Assembly (NCBI GenBank): GCA_030550275.1
Contig: JAUQPR010000005.1
Location: 19,899 to 83,898, forward strand
DNA length: 64,000 nt
Source: Bacteroidota bacterium
Lineage (GTDB): Bacteria; Bacteroidota; Ignavibacteria; Kapaibacteriales; HRBIN21
Direction: 5' to 3'
The translations under genes and the position numbers were made by a program. The notes beneath the pieces are model-generated. The model worked only from the letters and a program-made list of their open reading frames with translations, was not told the DNA's origin and made no database searches. Each line of letters starts with the position of its first letter. Within the stretch, counting starts at the first letter, position 1. Positions 10,368-19,371 of this stretch are shown in pieces.

Positions 10368-10426
10368 GGGCTTCCGGCTGAGCTTGGAAGGCGGCTCCAC
10401 CGCTCTGGTGGTCACAGGGTTTTTGC

Positions 10427-10434
10427 TAATTTTG
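10427..10434 (+). promoter_or_regulatory. TAnnTTTG (-7 type) promoter element for the tRNA pair
   Basis: TAATTTTG ending 9 nt before tRNA-Ala. Confidence 0.65.
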
Positions 10435-10443
10435 CGTCCAGAT

Positions 10444-10516
10444 GGGCCGGTAGCTCAGTTGGGAGAGCGCCAGAATCGCACTCTGGAGGTCGGGAGTTCG
10501 AATCTCCTCCGGTCCA
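10444..10516 (+). tRNA. tRNA-Ala(CGC)
   Basis: Acceptor stem GGGCCGG/CCGGTCC with G3:U70, anticodon arm CCAGA-AT CGC AC-TCTGG, T loop GTTCGAAT. Confidence 0.95.
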
Positions 10517-10527
10517 CCCGTTGGCGT

Positions 10528-10600
10528 TGCCCCGTGGTGTAACTGGCAACACGCCTGACTCTGGATCAGGAGAGTCCAGGTTCGAGTCCTGGCGGGGCAG
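10528..10600 (+). tRNA. tRNA-Gln(CTG)
   Basis: Acceptor stem TGCCCCG/CGGGGCA, anticodon arm CCTGA-CT CTG GA-TCAGG, T loop GTTCGAGT. Confidence 0.95.
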
Positions 10601-10620
10601 CAACCCACTTCCCCGAAAGG

Positions 10621-11274
10621 ATGCCCACAAAGAGCGCGGCTGATCCCCTCAGCATCCCCTCCGCAGCGCGATGGCAGCTATGGGCATGGCGGCTGGCACT
10701 GACGACGGTGCTGTACAACTTCGCCGAAGGCGCAGTAGCGTTGTGGCTGGGGCACGCCTCCGATAGCTTGGGGCTGGTGAGCTTTGGCATTGAAGGTGTG
10801 GCGGAATCCCTCTCGGGCATCGTAGTGCTGTGGCGCTTTGCACCGAGTTTGCGTCCGCACACCGCCGAACGGGGACTGGAGCGGGAGCGCCGAGCCGTTC
10901 TGCTCATTGGGCTGAGCTTCCTGGTGCTGGCGGCGGTCATTGCGATGGAGTCGCTTGGACAGCTGCTGGGCAGGGCAGCAGTGCACCTGCACGGTGGCAG
11001 CTTCGTCCTGGCGGCTGCCTCCGTCGTCGTCAAGCCCGCTCTCTTCGCCTTCAAACGGCGGGTTGGGCAGCAGCTTGGCAGCCGCGCCGTCCTTGCCGAT
11101 GCCGCCCAAACACTTGCCTGCGCGGCGCTCTCGGCAGCCCTGCTCCTGAGCTTACTGCTGCAGCAGCTCTGGGGAATCCACCAAGCGGACGCGCTGCTGG
11201 CACTGCTGATCTCGGCAGTGCTTGTGCGCGAAGGGCTCCACACACTGCGCCATCGCCACATCTTGTGCTGTTGA
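10621..11274 (+). CDS. Cation transporter (CDF-like transmembrane domain only)
   Basis: YNFAEG, SLGLVSFG, VVLWRF, LADAAQTLAC, ADALLAL; about six TM segments. Confidence 0.8.
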   Translation: MPTKSAADPLSIPSAARWQLWAWRLALTTVLYNFAEGAVALWLGHASDSLGLVSFGIEGVAESLSGIVVLWRFAPSLRPHTAERGLERERRAVLLIGLSFLVLAAVIAMESLGQLLGRAAVHLHGGSFVLAAASVVVKPALFAFKRRVGQQLGSRAVLADAAQTLACAALSAALLLSLLLQQLWGIHQADALLALLISAVLVREGLHTLRHRHILCC

Positions 11275-11292
11275 ACACCTGCGGTATGCACG

Positions 11293-13014
11293 ATGCTCCT
11301 GCTGCTCCTTGCAGTGCTCTTGCTCGGCTGCGCTCGGAACGGGCAGGAGGGGCAATTACGCCCCGCTGCCGGCGATCGCTTCTACGGGGGAATCTACCGC
11401 GTCAACGAGGTCGGAGAGGTCCGCTCGCTGGACCCTGTGCAGATCAACGACGTGAGCTCCGCACACGTTGCCGAACAGATCTACGACAAGCTCCTGACGC
11501 TGGACGATTCCCTGCGGCTGCAGCCGGAGCTGGCCGAGCGTTGGGAGGTCTCCCCCGATGGACTCGTCTACCGCTACTACCTACGGCGTGGAGTCCTCTT
11601 CCACGACAACCCGTGCTTCCCACAGGGCAAGGGGCGCGAGCTGACTGCCGAAGACGTCAAGTATTCGCTGACACGCGCTTGCGACTTCCGCACCGGCACG
11701 CTCGGCTACAGCTACTTCCGCGGCAAGGTTCGCGGTGCCGATGAGTACTACGCCGCCACACGCGAGGCTGCCCGCACCGGAGGCGAACCCGCCGTGCGTG
11801 AAGTCTCCGGATTCGTAGTGCGCGACCGGTACACCTTCGAAATCCACCTCCTGCGCCCCTTTGCGCCGTTTGAGTACTACGTCTCGCTGGTCACCTTCGC
11901 AATCGTGCCGCGTGAAGCCGTTGAGTACTACGGTGCGGACTTCTTCCGCAATCCCGTCGGCTCGGGTCCATTTATCTTCGTCTCCTGGACGCCGGACCGC
12001 CAGCTTGTGCTGCGGCGCAATCCCAACTACTGGCAGCGCGACGAATACGGCAACGCCTTGCCCTACCTGGAAGGCATCCGCTTCAGCTTCATCAAGGACG
12101 AGAAGTCGCAGCTTCTGCAGTTCCGCCAGGGCAACCTTGAGGAGTGCTTCCGGATTCCGGCGGAATTCTTCCCGCAGATTGTAGATGAGCGCAAGCAACT
12201 GCGCGGAGAGTGGCAGCGCTTCCGGCTCCTGCGCACGATGGCGCTCTCGACACAGTACTACGGGATGCTCGTGACCGATTCGCTCTTCCGCAACCGGCTC
12301 GTCCGCCAAGCCTTTGCTTACGCCATCGACCGGGAACGCATCGTGCGGTATGTGCTCAAAGGGCAGGCTGCTGAGCCCGGGCACTACGGTCTCGTCCCTC
12401 CATCCATGCCGGACTATCCAGCGCGCTCCATCCGGGGCTACCGCTTCGATCCGCAGCGGGCGCGCCAACTGCTTGCCCAGGCTGGCTATCCCGATGGCAA
12501 GGGCTTCCCCACCGTCACGCTCCAGCTCAACGCAGGCGGCGGACGCAACCTCCAAGTTGCCGAAGCCGTCCAAGCCATGCTACGCGAGCACCTGGGCATC
12601 GAAGTGCAACTGCGCCAGGTGGAATTCGCACAACATCTGCAGAGCATTGATGCCGGGCGCGTTCCGTTCTTCCGCTTAGGCTGGGTGGCAGACTATCCCG
12701 ACCCGGAGAACTTCCTCAACCTGCTCTACGGCAAGCTGGTGCCGGACGATCCCAACGAGATCAGCCCAATCAACTCCACCCGGTACCGCAATCCGGCGGT
12801 GGATTCGCTACTGGAGCTTGCACTGGCAACGCGCGACCGTGCACGCCGCATGGAGCTCTACGCCCGCGCCGAACAGCTCGCCATCGAGGATGCCCCAATG
12901 CTCATCCTCTTCTACGACGAGGACTACCGCCTGCTCCAGCCCTATGTTGCCGGCTACCGCAACAACGCTATGGACCGCCGGATGTACAAGTACGTCTGGC
13001 TGCAACCCCACTGA
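11293..13014 (+). CDS. Peptide/nickel ABC transporter substrate-binding lipoprotein (family 5)
   Basis: Lipobox LLGC, SLDP, PELAERWEVSPDG, PVGSGPF, GWVADYPDPENFL. Confidence 0.93.
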   Translation: MLLLLLAVLLLGCARNGQEGQLRPAAGDRFYGGIYRVNEVGEVRSLDPVQINDVSSAHVAEQIYDKLLTLDDSLRLQPELAERWEVSPDGLVYRYYLRRGVLFHDNPCFPQGKGRELTAEDVKYSLTRACDFRTGTLGYSYFRGKVRGADEYYAATREAARTGGEPAVREVSGFVVRDRYTFEIHLLRPFAPFEYYVSLVTFAIVPREAVEYYGADFFRNPVGSGPFIFVSWTPDRQLVLRRNPNYWQRDEYGNALPYLEGIRFSFIKDEKSQLLQFRQGNLEECFRIPAEFFPQIVDERKQLRGEWQRFRLLRTMALSTQYYGMLVTDSLFRNRLVRQAFAYAIDRERIVRYVLKGQAAEPGHYGLVPPSMPDYPARSIRGYRFDPQRARQLLAQAGYPDGKGFPTVTLQLNAGGGRNLQVAEAVQAMLREHLGIEVQLRQVEFAQHLQSIDAGRVPFFRLGWVADYPDPENFLNLLYGKLVPDDPNEISPINSTRYRNPAVDSLLELALATRDRARRMELYARAEQLAIEDAPMLILFYDEDYRLLQPYVAGYRNNAMDRRMYKYVWLQPH

Positions 13015-13027
13015 GTTTCCGCCGGCT

Positions 13028-14758
13028 ATGTCGGCGCGATTTTGTTTATTGCGTTCCCGACAGTGCGCCAAGCTGGGGAGAGGAGGGCGCTCTTTGACAA
13101 TCGGGCTGCTGGTAGCCGCCGCACTCATTGGCTGCCAGGGAAGTCGAGAGCCTGACCCACGCCACAGCTTCATCTACAACGAACCCGAGGGCATCACAAC
13201 GCTCGATCCGGCGCACATGAGCTACGTTGCCGCCATCTGGGTCGGCACGCAGCTCTACAACGGATTGGTCGAGCTGGATACAGCCCTGCGCGTTGTGCCC
13301 TGCCTGGCACGGGCATGGGAGGTGGATTCCACGGGAACGCGCTGGCGCTTCCATCTGCGCACGGACGTGTACTTCCACGATAACCCCTGCTTTGGGGCAT
13401 CGCCGCGCCGGCTGCGCGCGGAGGATGTCAAGTTCTCCTTCGAGCGGCTCTGTGATGCCCGAACCCGCTCGCCCGGGCTGTGGGTCTTCTGGGGAAAGCT
13501 CCGCGGAGCAAAGGAGTTCCACGCTGCCACCCGCCAGGGGCGCTCTCCGGCAGGGGGAATCCCCGGCATTCGGGTGCTCAACGATAGCACGGTCGAACTG
13601 GAGCTGGAGCGCCCGTTTGCCCCATTCCTGGCGCTGCTCACGCTGCCCTACTGCTGGATCGTCCCGCGCGAGGCAGTCGAGCACTACGGAGAGGACTTCT
13701 TCCGCAACCCGGTCGGCACCGGTCCCTTCCAGCTTGCCGAATGGCGCGCGGACGTCCGATTGGTGCTGCGGAGGAACCCGCGCTACTTCAAGCGCGACCC
13801 CCAGGGACGCCGGCTGCCCTACCTGGAGCACGTCGTTGTGCGCTTCCTGCGCGATCCCAAAACCGCCTTCTGGGAGTTCCAGCGTGGGCGACTGGACATG
13901 CTCACCGGCCTTGACCCCGCTGTGCTCCCGCAGGTGCTAACACCCGAGGGAACGCTGCAACCGGCGTTCCGCCACTACCAGTTGCTGCGCGCCCCCGCCC
14001 ATGCGATCGAGTACTACGGCATTCAACTGGACACGACCACCGAGGGCGGGCGCAATTCCCCGCTGGCTCGCTCCCGATTGCTGCGGCAAGCGCTCAACTG
14101 GGCAATCGATCGGGAGCGCATCATCCGCCATGTCCTCCACGGGCTGGCAACGCCGGCGTACTACGGGGTCCTTCCGCCGGGATTCCCAGGCTTCTCCGAG
14201 CAGACGCGGGGATACGGCTACGACCCCGAGCGTGCCCGCCGTCTCCTGGCTGCAGCTGGCTTCCCCAACGGACGCGGATTGCCCCCGCTGGTCCTGCAAT
14301 TGGGGGCAAACCCGCGAACGCTCTCCGTTGCCGAGGCAGTCCAGCAACAGCTCGCCGAGCTGGGAATTCGAGTCGAGCTGCGCCAGGTCAGCTTCCCACA
14401 ACACCTCTCGATGGTGCGCGAAGGGCGCTGCATGCTCTGGCGCACCAACTGGATCGCCGATTACCCCGACCCGGAGAACTTCCTGGCGCTCTTCTACTCC
14501 GCCTACGCTGCCCCGGGCGGACCCAATACAACGCGCATCCGCTCAAGTGCGCTGGATTCGCTCTACGAGCGCGCCCTTGCCGAGCCTTCCCAACACCGCC
14601 GCTTTGAGCTGTACCGCCGTATGGAGGCGCTGGTGCTGCAGGAAGCCCCGTGGGTCTTCCTGTACTATCCCCACGTGATTCGCCTGCTCCAGCCATCGGT
14701 TCAGGGGATGCACGTAGACGGGAGCGACCGGCTTGTGCTGGAGCACGTCCGCAAGTGA
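13028..14758 (+). CDS. Second family-5 ABC substrate-binding lipoprotein (tandem paralogue)
   Basis: LIGC lipobox, TLDPA, PVGTGPF, WIADYPDPENFL; start approximate. Confidence 0.9.
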   Translation: MSARFCLLRSRQCAKLGRGGRSLTIGLLVAAALIGCQGSREPDPRHSFIYNEPEGITTLDPAHMSYVAAIWVGTQLYNGLVELDTALRVVPCLARAWEVDSTGTRWRFHLRTDVYFHDNPCFGASPRRLRAEDVKFSFERLCDARTRSPGLWVFWGKLRGAKEFHAATRQGRSPAGGIPGIRVLNDSTVELELERPFAPFLALLTLPYCWIVPREAVEHYGEDFFRNPVGTGPFQLAEWRADVRLVLRRNPRYFKRDPQGRRLPYLEHVVVRFLRDPKTAFWEFQRGRLDMLTGLDPAVLPQVLTPEGTLQPAFRHYQLLRAPAHAIEYYGIQLDTTTEGGRNSPLARSRLLRQALNWAIDRERIIRHVLHGLATPAYYGVLPPGFPGFSEQTRGYGYDPERARRLLAAAGFPNGRGLPPLVLQLGANPRTLSVAEAVQQQLAELGIRVELRQVSFPQHLSMVREGRCMLWRTNWIADYPDPENFLALFYSAYAAPGGPNTTRIRSSALDSLYERALAEPSQHRRFELYRRMEALVLQEAPWVFLYYPHVIRLLQPSVQGMHVDGSDRLVLEHVRK

Positions 14759-14794
14759 TCCTGCAGTTTGTCCAACTTTGAGGGAGGGTGGAGC

Positions 14795-15616
14795 ATGAAG
14801 ACCATCATCCGCATTCTGTGCGTGGCTGTTGCCTTCGTCGCCGTTGACATGTGGAAAGCCCCTGCAGCCTTCGCCGTGCAGCAACTCAAAAAGATCACGC
14901 ACCTGACCAAGAAGGCAAAGAAGAAGGTCACCCGGCGAACCTCTGTGCGGGCTGAGCGCCTTCGGCATGAGGCATTGGAGCTGCTGCGAACGAACTCTCC
15001 GACGCTGTGGACGCTGATGGTCTCGGATACCGTTGCCGTTGCCCCAGGGGAACCCGTAGCGGAGCTGGAGGGCGAAGACCCGGAGGAGCTCGCGCGCGAA
15101 GATGACCTGCCCGTAGACATCGAGAGCTTCCGTCAACTGTGGTTGGCGTACATGGAGGGCACGGCACCGGATGAGCTCACCGCCGCAGGGCTGAATAAGC
15201 GCCATCTGGCGGAGCTCATTCTGGAATGGTTAGGGACGCCGTACCGCTTCGGTGGGGAGAACCCCAATGGGATTGACTGCTCGGGCTTTGTCCGCCAAAT
15301 CTTTGCCGAAGTCGGCGGCATTCTGCTGCCTCGAACCGCCGCGCAGCAGTACATGCTGGGTACACCGGTAGAGCGGGACCAGCTCCAATTCGGAGACCTG
15401 GTCTTCTTCCACACCCGTCGCCATGCCTGGGTCTCCCACGTGGGAATCTACTTGGGCGATGGGCTCTTTGCCCATGCCAGCTCCCGCGGTGGGGTGACGA
15501 TCTCCTCGTTGCAGAGCACCTATTACAACCGGCGCTACATCGGCGCTCGGCGGCTGACGGCGCGCGACCTTGAACGGCTGGCAACAACGTCACTGGCGCC
15601 GGCACCTGCGGAATAG
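14795..15616 (+). CDS. NlpC/P60 (C40) cell-wall peptidase
   Basis: WLGTPYRFGG, GIDCSGFV, GDLVFF, SHVGIYLG, HAS; SD-like GGAG before the ATG. Confidence 0.93.
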   Translation: MKTIIRILCVAVAFVAVDMWKAPAAFAVQQLKKITHLTKKAKKKVTRRTSVRAERLRHEALELLRTNSPTLWTLMVSDTVAVAPGEPVAELEGEDPEELAREDDLPVDIESFRQLWLAYMEGTAPDELTAAGLNKRHLAELILEWLGTPYRFGGENPNGIDCSGFVRQIFAEVGGILLPRTAAQQYMLGTPVERDQLQFGDLVFFHTRRHAWVSHVGIYLGDGLFAHASSRGGVTISSLQSTYYNRRYIGARRLTARDLERLATTSLAPAPAE

Positions 15617-15697
15617 TCCGATGCCTTCAGCACAGGAAGCCACGACCGTCTAATTTTGCAGCCGCCTGAGCCGTCTGCTGGAATTGCTGGGAAGGAG

Positions 15698-16693
15698 ATG
15701 CGTGCGTTGGTCTTGCGCGAAGACAGCTTCGGAATCGAAGAGGTGGAGCTTCCTCAACCGCAGCCCGGAGAGGCGCGGGTCAGGCTCCTGGCAGCTGCGC
15801 TCAACCGGCGCGATGAATGGATTCGGCAAGGCAAGTACGCCCGCATCCGCTACCCAGCAATTCTGGGCTCGGACGGCTGCGGCGTCGTTGACGCCGTTGG
15901 CTCTCCAGACCACGCCGCCTGGCTCCACAAAACCGTCATCATCAACCCCAGCCTGGGTTGGGGGGATAACCCCCGAGCTCAAGCGCTGACCTACGAGATC
16001 CTGGGCATGCCCCGCCCGGGAACGCTTGCCGAGTACGTCGTCGTCCCTGTGGACCGGCTCCACGAAAAGCCGGCGCATCTCTCCGCCGAAGCTGCTGCAG
16101 CACTCCCGTTGGCGGGGTTGACCGCGTACCGCGCCCTCTTCACCCAGGGAGCCCTCCAGGCGGGGCAGAAGGTGCTCATCACCGGCATCGGCGGGGGCGT
16201 TGCTGTCATTGCGCTGCAATTTGCCGTTGCTGCGGGAGCCAACGTCTTTGTCACCTCCGGCAGCGATGAAAAGCTCCAGCGCGCCCAGCACCTGGGCGCC
16301 CTCGGCGGGGTAAACTACCGCCACCCCAACTGGGACCGGCTCCTGCGCGAGCTCGCCGATGGAGAGTTCGACTTGGTGCTCGATAGCGCCGGCGGTGAGC
16401 CCTTCAACACCTTGCTGACGCTGACCAAACCCGGTGGGACCCTCGTCTGCTACGGCGCGACTTTGGGACCGGTGCCCGAGTTCCATCTGGCGCGAGTCTT
16501 CTGGCGCCAACTACGCATCATCGGCAGCACAATGGGAACAGACGAGGAGTTCCGCGCCATGCTCGAATTCGTCTCGCACCACCGCATCGTCCCCCTCATT
16601 GACTCGGTGGTGCCCTTCTCGGAGGTGCTGAGCGCTTTCGAGCGGCTGCGCTCCGAAGCGCACATGGGCAAAATCGTCGTACGCTTCGCCTGA
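15698..16693 (+). CDS. Zinc-independent MDR/quinone oxidoreductase-family dehydrogenase
   Basis: LGSDGCGVV, LTAYRAL, TGIGGGVA, GSTMGT, GKIVV; AAGGAG SD, with TAATTTTG at 15651. Confidence 0.9.
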   Translation: MRALVLREDSFGIEEVELPQPQPGEARVRLLAAALNRRDEWIRQGKYARIRYPAILGSDGCGVVDAVGSPDHAAWLHKTVIINPSLGWGDNPRAQALTYEILGMPRPGTLAEYVVVPVDRLHEKPAHLSAEAAAALPLAGLTAYRALFTQGALQAGQKVLITGIGGGVAVIALQFAVAAGANVFVTSGSDEKLQRAQHLGALGGVNYRHPNWDRLLRELADGEFDLVLDSAGGEPFNTLLTLTKPGGTLVCYGATLGPVPEFHLARVFWRQLRIIGSTMGTDEEFRAMLEFVSHHRIVPLIDSVVPFSEVLSAFERLRSEAHMGKIVVRFA

Positions 16694-16699
16694 GCCCAC

Positions 16700-17503
16700 C
16701 TACGGGGTGAGATCCTCCGGAGCCACCGCACAAGAGAGCCGCCGGAGCAGCTCGGCATACCACTGCATCTGTGCACGCTGCTGGGCAATGCGCCGCTCCA
16801 GCTCTGCCCGATGCTGACGGACCCACTCGGGGTCATCCAGCGGCAGGGAGAAGGGCTCCTGGGCAAGCGTGCGCCGCAGCCGCTGCTGTTCAACCCGAAC
16901 CTGCGCCTCCAATCGGGCAAGCTCGCGCTGCCAGTACTGGAGCGGGTCGAGCTCGCACACAGGGGATTCCCCCACTGGCTCCTCGCAGAGCACCCGCACC
17001 AATCGGCGAAGTTGCTCCACATTGCGCTCCCTGTACGCCTGCTGCACAAGGAGCCAATAGCGGCGATACTCCTCGGTCTCCTCGCCGGTGCTATCCGGAT
17101 GGAGCCGTTTGACCAGCAACCGGTACAGGCGCGCAAGCTCCTCTTCGGCTGGCTCGACCGGGGCTGTGCGCTCGCTCCTGGGACGCAGGCGTGCAAACTC
17201 GTGCTCCACGGTCTGCTCAATCAAGCGCATCGCCTTTGCCGTGAGCGGCTCTCCACGCTGGAGCTTGACCAGGAGCAATTCCAGGCGCCGCCGCAGTTGT
17301 GCCGTCTGCCAGGCAAGCCACTCCAGCTCCTGCTCCAGCGCGTGGAAGTGCTGCTCGTAGAGCCGCTGCCGCCGGGTGTATTCCTCGGTGTGCAGCAGTA
17401 ACCACTGCTGCGTCAACTGGCGCAGCAACTGCCGCAGCTCCGCACAGCGCTGCTGGAGCTGCTGGAGCCGTGGATCGGGCTGCAAGGCGTGCGACAGCTC
17501 CAT
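16700..17503 (-). CDS. Coiled-coil protein with internal J-domain-like HPD motif
   Basis: LYRLLVKRLHPD...AY pattern flanked by coiled coils; start overlaps the stop of the WD40 gene. Confidence 0.7.
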   Translation of the reverse strand: MELSHALQPDPRLQQLQQRCAELRQLLRQLTQQWLLLHTEEYTRRQRLYEQHFHALEQELEWLAWQTAQLRRRLELLLVKLQRGEPLTAKAMRLIEQTVEHEFARLRPRSERTAPVEPAEEELARLYRLLVKRLHPDSTGEETEEYRRYWLLVQQAYRERNVEQLRRLVRVLCEEPVGESPVCELDPLQYWQRELARLEAQVRVEQQRLRRTLAQEPFSLPLDDPEWVRQHRAELERRIAQQRAQMQWYAELLRRLSCAVAPEDLTP

Positions 17504-19371
17504 CAGGGCACGTAGCTGAAGGGAACAGAGAGCAGCCGACTCGGCGTGCAGCACACCAGCACGTACCAGCCCGCTGCCGCATGGAGCGCGGTGCACCACT
17601 GATACGTTCCCGCCCGCAGCCATTGCACACCGCTGTGCCAGAGACGCTCGCCAGTTACCGAAAACAGCTCCAGCTCGTACGCGCCATCCTCCCCGGCGCG
17701 GAGCTGCACACACAGTTGCGGGGCATTCCACTGCAGGCTCACCTCCGAGGGCTCCCCGCGGAGGAGTACGTGTCCGCTATCCCCGCACGTGTGCACGAGG
17801 AGCTCTCCGGGGATGAGCTCGGCGCGGAAGGCTTCCGTTCCCTCCACCACGCACTGGAGCGGCTCCAGCGCAGCTCGCTGTGGATGCCCATCCAGGAGCA
17901 GCAGCGGGAGAGAGAGCCGTCCCGGCACGCTGAGCGGGAGCTGGAGCGTATCCCAGCGGTGCAGTGCCGGACGTGGCTGCCCCGATTCCAGCCGTGCGCA
18001 CAACCACGCCGGCAAGCGTATGGTGAGCCTGCTGCTGAATTGGCGCTCCTGCAACGGTGGAATCCACTCCACATCCTCGGTGCCGATCTCCAGCACTCGC
18101 TGCTCACCGGCCCGCCCTTCGAGTTCGGCAACGCGCAGCCGTAGCGGGTACTTCAGCACCACGCGCAGCGTCTCCTCCTGCGCTGCTCCGCTGCTCCACA
18201 GCCGCAGAGCGGAATCGCGCCCGACCGAAGCAATCCAGCGTCCATCGGGGGAGTAATCCGCCGAAAGCACCGCTCCACCGTGCCACAATGGTGTCCCCAG
18301 CGGTGTTCCCGAAGGAGTCCACTGCCGGAGCGTGCTATCCAAGGCAGCCGAGAGCAGGCGCCGCCCCCACGGCAACGCCCGCACCGAACGCACATGGAAG
18401 CGATGCCCGAGCGCACGCGCTCGCTCCCGCCCGTTGTACACATCCCATATCCGGACCGTGCCATCCACTCCGCCCGACAGCAGAAGCCCCTCCTCCGTGC
18501 CGAAGGCAACGGACCACACCACCCGGTTCCCCAGCGAATCCCCATGGCGTCCGAACCGCAGCGGGGCGCCCTGCTCCCGCCAGCGCCAGACGTAGATGTT
18601 GCCATCATTGCCGCCGGCAGCGAGCAGCTCCCCATCGAGCGAGAAGGCAACGCTGTACCAGGAGCTCACCTGCGGGACGGCAAAGCGGGCAATTGGCTGC
18701 AATTGCGCCAGCTCCCACACGCACAGAGCTGAATCATCCGCTGCCGTGGCAAGGAGCGTTCCCGTAGGATGGGCTGCGATATCGCGAATCACGCCTCGGT
18801 GAACCCCGGCACCGAAGAAGCGGCGCACCTTGCTCACCCGGTCGTAGAGCAGCAGCAGCGAATCCACCGAGACCACCACCTGCGTGCTATCCCGCAGGAA
18901 CGCCGCCGAAAGGAGCGCGGGCGTCCCAATCACCAGCACATCGGATGCCTCCAGCTCCGGCACAGTCCAGAGCTTGACTATGCCGTCCTCAGCGGTGGTG
19001 ACGAGGTAGCGCCCCTCCGGAGAGAAGCGCACGCAGCGGATTGGAGCGGTGTGCGCCCTCCGGCGTTCGGCAACCAGAGCGCTGGAGGTTGCCGATTCCA
19101 AATGCAGCCGTAGAAGCAGCGCGACCGTATCCAGTACGGGCACATCCCAGCGGTAGGAGGGCGCTTCCAGGTCGCGCTGCAGCAGGGTCCAGCTCCTGCC
19201 CGTATCGAGCGAATACGACAGTGTTGCCACAGCCCCCGGGGCTGCATTCCACTGCAGCAGGAGCGGGCGTCGCATCAGCACCGTGTCCCCTGCGCGCGGT
19301 GCAATCCATAGCTGCGCCGCCGCCGGCAGCGCTGCCAGCAGCGCTACTGCGGCGCTCACCCCTTCATGCAT
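17503..19371 (-). CDS. Exported WD40-repeat protein with T9SS-like C-terminal domain
   Basis: Repeated H...V..V.FSP.G....S...D..v.lW units, signal peptide, and C-terminal LELFSVTGE...AAGWYVL. Confidence 0.85.
   Translation of the reverse strand: MHEGVSAAVALLAALPAAAQLWIAPRAGDTVLMRRPLLLQWNAAPGAVATLSYSLDTGRSWTLLQRDLEAPSYRWDVPVLDTVALLLRLHLESATSSALVAERRRAHTAPIRCVRFSPEGRYLVTTAEDGIVKLWTVPELEASDVLVIGTPALLSAAFLRDSTQVVVSVDSLLLLYDRVSKVRRFFGAGVHRGVIRDIAAHPTGTLLATAADDSALCVWELAQLQPIARFAVPQVSSWYSVAFSLDGELLAAGGNDGNIYVWRWREQGAPLRFGRHGDSLGNRVVWSVAFGTEEGLLLSGGVDGTVRIWDVYNGRERARALGHRFHVRSVRALPWGRRLLSAALDSTLRQWTPSGTPLGTPLWHGGAVLSADYSPDGRWIASVGRDSALRLWSSGAAQEETLRVVLKYPLRLRVAELEGRAGEQRVLEIGTEDVEWIPPLQERQFSSRLTIRLPAWLCARLESGQPRPALHRWDTLQLPLSVPGRLSLPLLLLDGHPQRAALEPLQCVVEGTEAFRAELIPGELLVHTCGDSGHVLLRGEPSEVSLQWNAPQLCVQLRAGEDGAYELELFSVTGERLWHSGVQWLRAGTYQWCTALHAAAGWYVLVCCTPSRLLSVPFSYVP

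Noticed and set aside
10444-10620. tRNA-targeted integration site
   Set aside because: No integrase, no duplicated tRNA 3' end noticed, and no compositional shift next to the tRNAs.
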